From Psilocybe cubensis (Eukaryota): a DNA stretch of 64,000 nucleotides. A model generated the notes under the pieces. The model did not search any database and was not told the origin of the DNA. It saw nothing but the letters and a program-made list of their open reading frames with translations. Positions 40,369 to 52,407 of this stretch are shown here, piece by piece; position 1 is the first letter of the stretch; each line of letters begins with the position of its first letter. The stretch spans positions 1,364,001-1,428,000 of the forward strand of contig CM039006.1 of the NCBI GenBank assembly GCA_017499595.2, given 5' to 3'. The translations under genes and the position numbers were made by a program.

Positions 40369-41353
40369 TAAAAAAATATCAGGAACAAACATGTCATAAC
40401 TACCACGCCCAGAAAGCTGAAAACAGAGTCAGCCCGGGTAAGAGAGTACGTGGAATTGGGGCACACGCTTGTGCTAGGCACGGATGCTTCTGTCCATCCA
40501 GCGTTGTTGATTTTGACAAAGGCAAAAAGCAAATGCACATGGATTGGTCTTTGACTCAGGCCAGGGAAACTACCAACACACAGGGAATCACAAAACATTT
40601 GGAAATCTACAATATAAACTGTCAATATTGCGTTAACTTGGCAAGGCGTCTCTCTGAGTCCACAAAAATGCATTGGCCACCTTCTGTTAAAATGATTTTT
40701 GCAATTGGTTTATTTCACGTCCACGGGCACAAGACGGAATGTCTTTACAACTACGCATCCACCTATGTCCCGGGTGTGGGAATCATTGATGGAGAAATCC
40801 TGGAGCCGTTGTGGTCTGTGTTAAATGACACATCCCGGAGTACACGTTCCGCTACCACTGCCCATCAAGCAGAGGTTTTGGACGACCACATGTGGGATTC
40901 CAACTGGAAGAAGAACATTAATATGGCTGCAACAATTGCTGCAAAGTTCAAACGGGCACGGGAACAGTCCGGAATCACAGACCAATTTTATAGGGGTATC
41001 ACGGATCAACAAGATTCCGGGCTCATCAACACTTGGGAAGATAAAATTTCAAAAGCAGAAGCGGACCAAGAACAAGGTGTGGCCGACACTGTTGGCAAGG
41101 TAATGGCAAGCAAAGTGAAAACGGCTGCTGGATGCCAAGAAATTGAATTGCATCTTTCAAATATGGAACTTACATCTAATGGTGCTACTGGAAAGGCAGC
41201 ATGGATATCATCCGGCTTAAAACTGGAGCAAGTGCAGTACCATTATTTCAATTGCATCCTACAGAATTTAACATGTTTTTAGATTGGAGCTCAGGGACCA
41301 TGTCAGAAAGCTCGGAAAGTGTCCTTCTACCGCGCAGAAACTTGACTTGGTCA

Positions 41354-41896
41354 CACGGCGGGCAAAAGTGCTGACTAGTCAGCCTGGGAGTTGGTCTGAC
41401 CAGTCACCTGACCAGTGTGCTGACTAGTCACCTGACTAGTCATGTAGCTGTCACGCATTTATTGTCACGCTGCTAAGTTTCTGTAATTCCGCTCATTGAT
41501 TGTAGAACAGAGGATTTCTTTTCTATGCCCCAGACTTACACAGGGCGGGTGTCGTGTATCTTCTAAACAACGTCGGGTGACCGTGCAAAAGTACTCTAAA
41601 AACATGATTAGTTATCCATTTGTTTGAATAATGACCGAATTTCAACCAAACACAAGAAATATCCAATTCCAAGTCATTCATTGCTTTTCCTCAGTGACAG
41701 TGCTTTGGAAGACAATGGTTTATTCCCATTTAATCTTATGTTACTGAACTTATTTACCAATACTAACCAGCGTGACAACATTTGTGTGACCTCTCCTGAC
41801 TGGTCAGTTGATTCGTCACGGAACGCGTCACGATATGGTCACGTGACTGGTCAGACCAACTCCCAGGCTGACTAGTCAGCACTTTTGCCCGCCGTA
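41354..41896. mobile_element. Non-autonomous TIR element (MITE, 543 bp) with CACGG termini and 3-bp TSD, CACTA/CMC-like
   Basis: About 60-bp TIR cacggcgggcaaaagtgctgactagtcagcctgggagttggtctgaccagtcac.., mirrored at 41836-41896. TSD TCA at 41351-41353 and 41897-41899. Excision restores the KDZ frame LDLVNKHRSMQTRVEAF. Confidence 0.9.
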
Positions 41897-42949
41897 TCAA
41901 TAAACATCGCTCCATGCAGACCCGCGTTGAAGCCTTCTGTTGATCCGCTATGACCTTCATGGGCAAAGATGTCTTGGAGGATATTCAAGGGGACATCACT
42001 CCCATACTTGACTATGAAGTCAGTGACAACAACAATCCTGATCTTGGAAATGTCAACATTACCCGCGCGGATCCGGAACAACAGCCGCTTCCGTTTCCCT
42101 CCGCCGTCAAACAAGATTTCTTTGACGGCCTTGACGCGGGAACAAACCTCATTTTAAAGGGGCTTCACAAACTTGAACTTCAAATAAGACATGGCCACGC
42201 AGAGGACTGTCTGGAAGCTGTCCGGTCAGCCTTGATCCAGCTTTCTTGGCAGTATAAATATCAGGTTTGGACCGCCGACTCCATCTATATGGGGACTTGT
42301 GCTTGGGATGGTGTCAAGCTTTTGAATGCTTCCTGGAAATTGCACCGGCAACTCTACAACACAAACCGTCAGAAGATGATCTATTTATCTGCTGGCGTGT
42401 GAGACGAGGATAATATTCGGAAACAATATCCCATTCTGCAAGTCCATGATTGCAAGTATAGTAATGCTGTGTCGGATCCAAACATTTGCAGAGGAAGCTC
42501 GGACTGTCTAAGTTGGATTTGGAGATCCCGTCAGGGACTGGACAATGATAATCAATTATATGTTAATGAGTGTGAGTATTGCTATTTGTATTTCTAATTT
42601 TTTTCTCAAGGGTTTCTTAGTCTTCAGGCTAAACTGGCTTCGCGCGCAAGCTCAGAGGAATAGATGGCAAGAAGGAGCTGACCTTGACAAAAAAGAAAAT
42701 GGAATGGACTGTCAGATTTTATGTGTATATGGCAAAGACATGGCGTGCATGGCATGATTTTGTTCCTAACAGGTTAGTTGGTTACAGAGCAAATGCTCAA
42801 AAGCAGATTGCCATGTGGAATGATCTGGGGCGGGCCGCAGATAAGGTCTTCTGTCAAATTAACCCGGAGTATCCGTCCGTGTAGAGATTTATAATTACAG
42901 ATTAACCAGTTCTTTGAACATTCTTGTTGTATCCCATCTCGTTGAATTC

Positions 42950-43619
42950 ATGCACTTACCGCGGCTTTTTAAACCTCCTGTCGAGGACAAACATCATCTC
43001 CTTACCTATGATGAGCGACATGCTCTGGCCAAAGTTCATGTCCATATTTGTGGTGCACGGATCCGTGCCGGATACCATTTGTTCATTGCAAACGGAGACT
43101 CTGTTTCCTCCGTGCATTGCCAAAAATGGATGTATTTGCTTGACCTGGAGGTGGTAAGACAGTAATTTTGAACCATTATATCTTGCATTGAGAACTGGTC
43201 GATAGGCTATACTGCTGAGAGTACTCAGATACTGCTATGTCAATGGATTCCAAGTTGATATTCCATTTTTTATATCAGAAATTCTCAATCAGAGCGTACA
43301 TACCATTTTGAACCAAACTCCCCACCATTGAGCTGTTCTATTTGAATCTCTAAATCAAAGCTGGTCAGCATGGGAAGATGATGAAATAATCAGACCAAGA
43401 GCTGGGGATATTGGTGGAAGGACGGATTTGCTGAAGGCAATGAGTGGCAAGTTGCCTTTATTACCGTTGAATTGCAAGCAAGAGAATTTTGGAACAAGGT
43501 ATGTTTTTTTATTGCTGTGGATTATATCTGATTTGCGTGCTTCCCACCAGGTGGTTCTGCCTGAATACCAACAAGAGGTACTCCGGCTAAATAATCAGAC
43601 TCTGCTACCAGATCATTAG
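42950..43619 (+). pseudogene. Possible small cargo gene D downstream of KDZ1 (unknown function)
   Basis: ATG 42950 MHLPRLFKPPVEDKHHLLTYDERHALAKVHVHICGARIRAGY.. followed by GTAAG..TAG intron-like breaks. No recognisable domain. Confidence 0.3.
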
Positions 43620-43970
43620 ACCTCTTGTAGCTTATAAAGTAGTAGGAAATTCTAAATCAATCATTTACTGTAACCCACCATACTATGCTACCAGATCATC
43701 AGGGCTCTTGTAGCTTATAGAACAGTAGGTAATTCTAGATCAATCATTTACTGTAACCCACCATACTGTGCTACCAGATCATCAGGGCTCTTGTAGCCTA
43801 TAGAACAGTAGGTAATTTTAGATCAATTATTTATTGTAGCCTACAGAACAGTAGGACATTATGTTTCAATCACCTACTGTAGCCTACCATACCTTGCTAC
43901 CAGATCTTTAGGGTTCTTGTAACTTATGGAACAGTAGGGAATAATCAATCAATTATTCACTGTAGCTTAC
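43603..43970. repeat. ~83-bp tandem repeat, about 4.5 units
   Basis: tgctaccagatcatcagggctcttgtagcttatagaacagtaggtaattctagatcaatcatttactgtaacccaccatac recurs at 43603, 43686, 43769 and 43895, plus a partial unit. Confidence 0.9.
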
Positions 43971-45178
43971 CGCATCCCCGAACCGTGAACTTATTGGATT
44001 TACGTTCCGATTCGGCCAATACCAAAATGTTGCTAATATAATATAGCTCAGGCCAACAACACCACTATACTTAAAATATAATACAACCAAATATTGACAA
44101 AATCAATTGTCAAAATCAAAATCTTCCAATCGATCATCCTCCTCGCCGTCGTCTCCTTCTCCATCGTAGCCCTCGCCATCATACTCATCGTCAGAATCAC
44201 TTCCTTCACTCAGCGGATCTCCCGGACTTTCCTGCTCTACAATCTCGATCTCGTCAGTAACGCTCGCGGCCGCCTGTACCCCATTTCTCCTCATTTTTGG
44301 TTTTGGCAGGTTTGGGAACATTGACACCCACTTGGGCTCAACGCCAAATTCTTGCATGAGTGGAATCCAATCGATGGCACATCATCTGGCCATCTGACAA
44401 AGGATGTAAGCTTGCTTATTTGCGTAAGCTTCCAGTCCTTTTTGAATCGTCCTTTCGGCTGATGACCTCAGGCATCGCTGTTCTTCCCACCATGTCGCCT
44501 TCTATTCCCACCAAACCAAGACCCTTCTCATCTCTTCCTCAACCAGAAGCGCCTCTTCCCTCCATCTCAACAAACGTGCCCTCGACTTTGCCCACTCGAC
44601 GCGCATGTCCGTATTGAACTTGTCATCCTCTTCCTTACCACTGGTACCACTCCATTGGACACACCAAATCCAGGATTTGACGTATTTCTTGCTAGTGGAT
44701 CTGTTGTCAAGGGGGTCCTTTCCAGGGCCTCTGATATCCTCCTATCACAAATCTTGCAAGTCTTTTCTCCACAATCCGTTGGGATCAAGCACAACGAGGG
44801 CCACACGTGCTTTTCGGTACTTGTGGGCCGCACGCTCAATCTTATAGTAGAGTCGATTGTAAACGGTGAGCATTTGTGTATTAGGTCAATTTCCAGTACC
44901 ATTCACATTGATCTTCTTGTACTTCCACAGCTTGGTAACGTTGCGGCGGCTTCTGCGAATTTCGGAAAGTGCGTCGTAGGCGGCTGCCTCACAGAGGCTC
45001 GCTTCCATGTTGCAAATATGTACCATCTCGGACCCTGAAGCACAAATGTGGGCAGGGAGAGCTGAAGGCATGAATAAAGGTGTGTTTTCCACTGTTTCAA
45101 TTCTCGGCATGCCATTCTCATCTGCTGTTGTGCTCGTAGCTATTAGATTTGCTACATGCGGGGTATATATCAGTTGTA

Positions 45179-46783
45179 CAGTGGTCAAAAAAAACGTTCG
45201 AGTATTGGTCACGTATGAAAAGATTAATTTATAACTTTGAAATTAAAAATGTTAAAAATATGAGATTATTCACAGGTATACTAGAGGGTATTAGCTAAAG
45301 GATGGCACACTGATCATGTGATTTTTCCAAGAATTGACCAAACAGGAGCATATACAGTTTGCTAAGTCATTCGAACAGTTTTTTTGCTAAACACTTGAGT
45401 ATCAATAAATCATATCTACTAGTACTTTGTATGTCCACCTTTGGCCTTAATCACTGCTGCACACCTTCTAGGCATGCTAACAATCAAATTCTGCACCACT
45501 TCCTTGGGTATTCCATTCTATTCCTTCTCAACCCTCTCCCAAAGTTCATGGATACCCTTTGGTGGGACTTCATGTTCATTAAGTCTTTTTTTGAGGTATT
45601 CCCATAGATGTTCAATGGGGTTGAGATCTGGAGATTGTGCAGGCCATATGAGGACCCTAAAATTCTGCTCTTCAAACCATTTCTTGGCCAATTTTGAGGT
45701 GTGCTTGGGGTCATTGTCTTGCTGTAAGTGGATATCTTCTACCTGTTGACCATACCACTCCAAGGATTTTAGGAGCTCATCACCTAGGATCTCAGTGTAT
45801 AACTGAGCATTCATCTTCTCATCAATTCTAGTGGCAAATCCAATTCCTTCCCATCCCATACAATCCCACATCATCAAGTTTCCTCCTCCAAACTTCACAG
45901 TTTGCTTGATCCTCCTGGGGTCCTGTCTGTTTTCCTTGTCTATCCACACCTGATCTCTGCCATCTGAACCCAATCTGTTGATTTTGGTCTCATCTGACCA
46001 CCAGACTCTTGCTCAGTCATCCACAGTCTACTCCAAGTGCCTTTCTGCAAACTCCAATCTAGCCCTCCTATGCTTTTTTGATAACAAAGGCTTCTTTTGT
46101 TTTGCTACTGAGACCATGCCAGTTGATTTGAGTGCATTCCTAACTGTTTGAGGACTGATATTCTGGCCATTAATAGTAGCCAGAGACTTGGCAGCTTGCA
46201 CAGCATTCTTGATTTGTCCAGTTCGAATTCCACGCTTGGTATAGGTGATATTGGCACCAGTCAGCTTCTTTGGGCGTCCTCCATGGGAAAACACTGCCTC
46301 AGGACAGTAGTCTTGGCGAATCTTGGTGATAGAACCAGCACTAGCTCCAGTCTGGGCCTTGATAGAGGCATAGGAGTGACCAGAAGTAAGAAGAGAGACA
46401 ATAGTAGCAATGGTTGCTTTAGAGAGGGGTTTCATGCTTGATTGGGGGGATAAAGAGGTTGGTTGTAGCTATTATATACCTATTCAACATGTAGTCACAT
46501 GATTTTATTGATAGTTGTTTGGTATATCAACAAAGTCATGTAATAATACATAGTTTATAGCATTTAAATTACTAGCAAAAAAACTGTTCGAATGACTTAG
46601 CAAATTGTGTATGCTGCTGTTTGGTCAATTCTTGGACAAATCACATGATCAGTGTGTCATCCTTTAGCTAACACCATATAGTATATCTGTGAATAATCTC
46701 ATATTTTTAACATTTTTAATTTCAAAGTTATAAATTAATCTTTTCATACGTGACCAATACTCGAACAGTTTTTTTGCCCACTG
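45179..46783 (-). mobile_element. Tc1/mariner DNA transposon (DD34E) with ~210-bp TIRs
   Basis: TA|CAGTGG...CCACTG|TA. TIRs at ~45179-45389 and ~46573-46783. Removal restores the KDZ2 frame WRQVQLIYTPHV. Confidence 0.95.
45419..46435 (-). pseudogene. Tc1-family transposase with premature stops
   Basis: HTH region with GRPKKLT, WSDETKIN, QQDNDPKH and SPDLNPIEHLW (34 residues between D and E), C-terminus SMPRRCAAVIKAKGGHTKY*. Three in-frame stops fall at positions where Trp is expected. Confidence 0.92.
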
Positions 46784-49700
46784 TACCTGTCTCCAGTTGT
46801 TGATTTGTCAAAGGAGCGCCACTCATTTCTCATGAATATCACCCTGCTTTTTTGTTGTTTTGACCGTTTGGCTTGCAATCTCCATAGTAAGTTTGTACCT
46901 AACAAGTTGATTTATTACAATGTATTAGGAAATGCATAGAAATGATGTAACTCAACTGGTGGTCCTCTAACTCCAGACCAGTAACAAGGAAGCCCGTCAT
47001 TGTGACTTTGTGGGCTGGGAGTTTCCCTGTGGCTGCCATCACAGCTTCCTCTTTTTGCAACTCATGTCGTGTGTCTTGAAGCGTAATGGCTAAGACAGAA
47101 TCAATAAACAATACAAAAAGTAAGTTTAAAACACATACTGTTTGTTGATTCCTTGTACGGGTTTGGTTTTTTGGGATTTTCCTCCCATTGCTTGATTTTG
47201 GCTGTCCACTGTTTGATGACATCAACAGTGAAAGTTGAAGAGAATTGTTTAAACGATTCCTTGTATTTCTTTTGCATCTTATGAGCCTTCTTGAATTTCC
47301 TCGCAAGGCTAGTCCCTAGAGTACAAGTTGAGAACCTCGACTACAGACAGATAGTAAAAACTCACTAAACCCAATAAGCTTGCGAAAGTTCCAGCCATTC
47401 CAATGGTCATTAAGGGTGTCTCGGCGAGCAGACGGCGCCATTTCACGTACACTTCCTGCAAGTGGGTTTGTATGAGACCAATTTGTCTCCACTTCCTTGC
47501 CGCACGTCTTCCCAACACCCTTTGTATAGCCAACATTGTAATTATTGCAACAATCGGGGCCATGGCCATTGATGTGCCAACTGGGAATGGCGGTCTGGAT
47601 TTGTGTTCCTTTGGCAATTCTCATTTTTTCTGGGAATTCAATGATCCGTTTGAAAAGGTTCTTTGTCCACTGGCAGGCAATGTCATATGTAATGAAGATA
47701 CAGGCAAGTGTAACTCCCATTACTGCAGAAAGGACAATAAAGTCCATATTACAATATCTGGATTCATAATATCAGTACCCGGAGTATCTCAAAGCTGCAC
47801 ATCATCAAGCATATCACCTACCACTCACCCTTCTGCAAGTCACCAACCCCATTCTTGTGAACTAAAGCATGTCTGGAGCACAAAACCAAACCAACCCCAC
47901 TGACAGCGTATCCGGGGGTATTACGAATGCTCGCCCTGACGATTGCATCATTCTCTAAGCGACATGTATTCATCTGATCATATAATGTATGTGTAAAGCA
48001 ACAAATATATCAACAAACCATGAACAGGCTTACCTCGGGTTGCTCAACATAGTTACCAATGTGCTCACAATAAGCAGCCTGGTCGACAAATACTCCGGTT
48101 CCAGGCACCAAGTCTACATCACCCAATTTCCGCTCCTTGCCTTTGAGTTTGAAATTGGCATCGACCGCAATGAATAAAGTATATAGAAACCTGGAGAAAC
48201 AGCATCTCAGACATCCTTGTTTGATCAGAACGTAGATGAAAACATACAGAAGAGGCCCAGAATCTTGCCAATTATCAGGCAAATTGCGCCCCGGATGTGG
48301 GCAAGCCGGACATTCTACAATCAAACCTCCAGGCTCGGTGCCATCAATTCCGGAAGGGTCATGGCCTCAACCTGCGCGCTTCCACAACATCATGTTTCTC
48401 CACAGGCGAAAAGCTCGATGCATCTCTGGAAAGCAGTACTTGATATTTATAAATAGGTTAGTAGACCATCATTTTCAGCAGCTCGCTGTTGAAACTCACA
48501 ATTGTTGGTTTAAGTCCTGCATTATCTGTCTTCCTTAACAGGGTGTTGTAGAAGTCATACAGATTTCCCTTTCCCTGCAATGTATGTTCATGAAATGTGT
48601 CAAGGATGTTAAATGTAAAGGCGGTATGAGGATTAGCAGTGGTGGCCGGAAACCATGGCATACGCAAAAGTTGGGTGAAACAATCAGGCGGATGATCAAC
48701 TTTACATCCACAGTAATCTAAATTTACAGTGTGCGCACCTGAGATATCTATAACAAGAAAACCACAAGGTCCAGGTTTTGGGCAAGGACAAACACGTCCA
48801 TCATGGCCTAGCTGAACGCGTAGTCTAAGTTTTGACAGCAAAGTGCGCTCAAAAAAATTTCCGTTCCATTGCTGGCCATGATGAATGAATTAGGTCGAGA
48901 AATTTTGTAAGAAATTGACCCCTACCTCGACATAATGCAGTGGCAGATCAGCATGATTTGATAACAAGCAGCCTTGGCACATTGGGGCAGTGCCATGCCC
49001 ACAATCCGTGCACTTGAAAATGGTGGCTGTTATCCCACAACCACAGCATTTTTTGTCATTAAATGATCCTAGGCTATCGTGACAAAGAATCTCATCGAGT
49101 GTGTGGTCTCAAAAGTTGAGCCACTTCATCAATTTTGACTAGAGGATAACGAGTAAGTACTGATATTCAAAAACTCTTGGATCATGCCAAACAGACACAC
49201 CTTCGCAGTATTATCACGCTTCCGTTTTGTCCCCTTAGTACTAGGTTCTGCCACTGCTGTGGCTGAGCCCATCATCCCATTATCATCCATAGCAGCCTCG
49301 ACACTAGCACTGCTACAGCCAGCCTCAACATTGGCACTGCTGCAGCCAGCCTTAGGATCACCGACTTCGGATGGACTGGTGTTGCATATAATAACCGGTT
49401 CTTGGAAGTGACAAGTATGGGCCCGAGTGACTGTTGCAATGTATAACCTTGTGGCCTTGGTGTTGTTATCGAGCAGCGGAGCATTAGCCTTTTGATGAGA
49501 CGGATGCAGGGCAGGCAGTCGACGGCTCTTCTTAGATGGACGCAGGTCCACTTTGTGACTTGAGGTATGCAATGCATCATCAGAGGGGGGCATTGTACAA
49601 TGTGCGAGTGAGTAAGAGCAAAAATATTTATTACAGTGTGTGTCACCCGCTGAGATTGAAGGCAAAATACATGTTACCGTATGATTGCAATGAAATTGCT

Positions 49701-50069
49701 TGGTATCAGTGATGCTGTTTGGGCGCCTAAAAATAACCTCATGGTTATCTTATCATACCAACAATGAATTTTTGCGCATCAATGAGTTTTGAGTTTTTTC
49801 ACATTCTGTCAAAGAGTTTTACTTTGAAAGATGAGTGGTGGGTACACATCTGTGTTAATCTGGAGCTCTTTGAAATTCCGTAAGTTTCACCGTCGAGTTT
49901 ACATTTGACGTGGTCATCTTTTGGTTCACAGGGTGCTATTCTTCTACTTCCAATCTACTTTGATGTAAAGCCATCTGTTATAAATGAATTCAGTGCCATT
50001 ACAAGATTATGATAACATGGTATATGTCTGTGTTTACTGGGAGTTTTGTGAGACTTTTGATCTACCGTT

Positions 50070-50401
50070 GAGTTCACATTTACTGTGAATTTGGTCTAGC
50101 ACAGGATGTCTGAGTTCTTCGACATTCAAGTTGAGGAGTAGCTATCCGAGTAAACCAGGAATTCAGCAATGGTTCGCCATTCCCTCAGTTCTACAGTCAT
50201 TGGGATTCAAATTTAATACAAACGCTGCTTTAGATTTCTCATCTAATGTTGAGTTCACATTTAATGTGAACTTGGTCAGGCACAGGATGCAGTTCTTTGA
50301 CATTCAAGTTGACGAGCACCTATCCGAGTTAACCAGAAATTCAGCAATGGCTCTCCATTCTCTCAGTTATACAGTTATGGAGATTCAAATTCAATACGAA
50401 C
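50070..50401. repeat. Diverged ~181-bp direct repeat (2 units, partial third near 49895) between KDZ2 and cargo gene E
   Basis: gagttcacattt..gtgaa..ttggtc..cacaggatg..gacattcaagttga..ctatccgagt.aaccag.aattcagcaatgg begins at 50070 and again at 50251. Confidence 0.75.
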
Positions 50402-50996
50402 ATTACTTTGGTTCACGGGATAGAAGTCACTTATAGTAGTACAATAACATGATGTGCGTTGAATAATATGACCATATAACAGTATCCACTGTGAATTTGT
50501 TGCGCAACCTGGGAAGCTTTCTGCACCAATAGTTACGGGTCATTGACTCGGATTCCAATTGTAAAACTATGTTTGGCTGGATTTGTCCTACAAAACTCAA
50601 TGCAACTCGACCAAGCACGTTGGCATTAGAAACTTATTTAGTCAGATGTTCTCAATGACACTCGGCCTACTTACGCTTACTGACTAGGTATTTGGTTACA
50701 TCAAGACTACAAACTTCTGTACTACACAAGCCTCTACACAAGTCTCCCTCACCCCAAGGTTGACAAGGAATTTGGGTAGCAGGAATGAAGCGCCCCTGGT
50801 GACTTTCGAGTTTTTTTTTTGCGAATTTTGGGTAGGGTCAAGCAGCCTCCACCTTTTTATAGTCTTCCTTGTCTTGTTGCTTTTCTGTATCAACACAACA
50901 TTCTAGACAGCAAACCGGGAAGTAGATTGGACCTGCAATATCTACTACATGCACTGTACAACAAAATGTATAACTATGTTTGTAGGTAAACTACAA

Positions 50997-52111
50997 TTAC
51001 TTTGCCTGACCTTTACTACCACGTGCTAGTATATTTTCAGCAAACTCACGAGGCCCAAAGATAGTGTCATCATCATAAGGTTCTCTATGAACGCGAACAA
51101 GACTGAGGGTGCGGCTTCTAAAATAGTCCTCGGCAGCCTCATCATAATTAGAAAACCCTTTCCACGAACACTTATTTTCAATGCCTTCAATCAGCGAGCT
51201 AGCAAGATTCCTAAAAGAACCATCAATACAATGTCTACCTTTGAATAAAGAGCCATTGCTTACCAACTGGAATAGAAGCCAACACGCCGTCTAACCCGGA
51301 CAGTATAGTGAGGAACATTAAGTTTGGTAGACACGGGGGCCCACTCTAGGAGAGTCTGAAGGGATGGTGTAGAGGACATAGCAGTGAATGGAGTGCGTAA
51401 GATCTGAGCATCATAACAAAGGGTTGACGAAGACTGACTAGGCTGGGTAGAAGACAATGGGGTATATGACAGGGCCTTGACGTGCACCGACTTCTTGGGA
51501 GTCTGCGGAGTAAGGGATGTGGAGATGGGAAAGAGACTGTAGCTCGGGGGTTGACCAGAGGGAGGTGGAGACTTGAACGGAGATCCAAGCTGGAGATGAG
51601 GTTTGGAGCACTGAGCTTTGCCTTTGCCCGATGCTGAAGGGCAGGGTGTACTTTGAGCAGCCTGAATGTATGCCGAGTGGTTGTTACAAACAGGGGTAGA
51701 GGGGACACTTGACAAAGAACAATATTCCAAAGCAGGTGATGAGCTGGCAGTCACGGAATTGTTGTTGTTGTCGTCATACTCGTACTTTGCCTCTTCAATT
51801 TGCTAGCAAACCTGAGAGTAGTATTTGTGAAGCCTAGAGAGAACCTCCATACTCCCCCTGACTTGAAGTTCTGCTAAAGTAAGGGAGGGGTATACGTGGC
51901 GCAGGACATCTGGAACAGTGAAGCTTTCATCAAAGACCCGTTCGTACTTCAAACGCGCGGTGCGCAGCTCTTCCTCGGCAAGAGCAATATCACCTTCCTC
52001 CTGCAAAAAGATGGTTTCTAAACTCGAGACAGCCTGAGAGGATGGCTTTCTGCGCATCTGCTTTAGAGACAGGAAAAATGAGAATGGCCTCACCCGTAAC
52101 ATCAGACACAA
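50997..52111 (-). pseudogene. KDZ2 cargo gene E: helical N-terminus, Ser/Pro-rich linker, C-terminal RNase H1 N-terminal (hybrid-binding / Cauli_VI-like) domain
   Basis: ORFs 51803..52111 and 51260..51754 are in the same frame across one TAG. The intron 51211-51263 gives HYTVRVRRRVGFYSSWNLASSLIEGIENKCSWKGFSNYDEAAEDYF. The start is uncertain. Confidence 0.65.
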
Positions 52112-52407
52112 TACTTACTATTGCGTGTAAACTTGAGTTGACAAACAATGGTTTGTGGTTATCATAGGTGTAAGCTTTGGGGCAGTCAAGTGGGGAGGGT
52201 GAAGTGGCTTACTGGGTGAGTCAGAGGAAAAAGGACGATGGAAGAAAGGAAAAAAGACGTGTGCAGTGCGGCGTCAGGGTTTTTAACAAAATTGAGAAAA
52301 CCATCTGACTCTGCAAAACAAATAGAATTGGTAAGTACGGTAAGTACCCTGCCACGTTTTTTGGAACATTATACAACATCTTTATATACCACGTAGCTCG
52401 CTCAACA

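Larger units (their letters stand above)
38436..42884 (+). pseudogene. KDZ (Kyakuja/Dileera/Zisupton) transposase 1 with CxC2-type Cys cluster
   Basis: CQQC..WRCCQC..CSEC..HQFTPFHRVEKWTG; IVHTSGVH..CIC; ALFCPACPQPGINLP; VADGNFKADH; CARHGCFCP..VDFDKG; YNINCQY; GLFHVHGHKTEC; GIIDGEILEPLWS; RLNWLRAQAQRNRWQE. It has introns, late stops and a MITE insertion. Confidence 0.9.
44103..49593 (-). pseudogene. KDZ transposase 2 (CxC2-type), interrupted by a Tc1 element
   Basis: LRVQLGHDGRVCPCP..VIDISGAHTVNLDYCGC..QLLRMPWFPAT; IVECPACPHPGRNLP; AVDANFKLK; ITYDIACQWTKN; AIPSWHINGHGPDC; GKTCGKEVETNWS; RRDTLNDHWNGWNFRK; PLFMPSALP; acidic tail. Confidence 0.9.
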
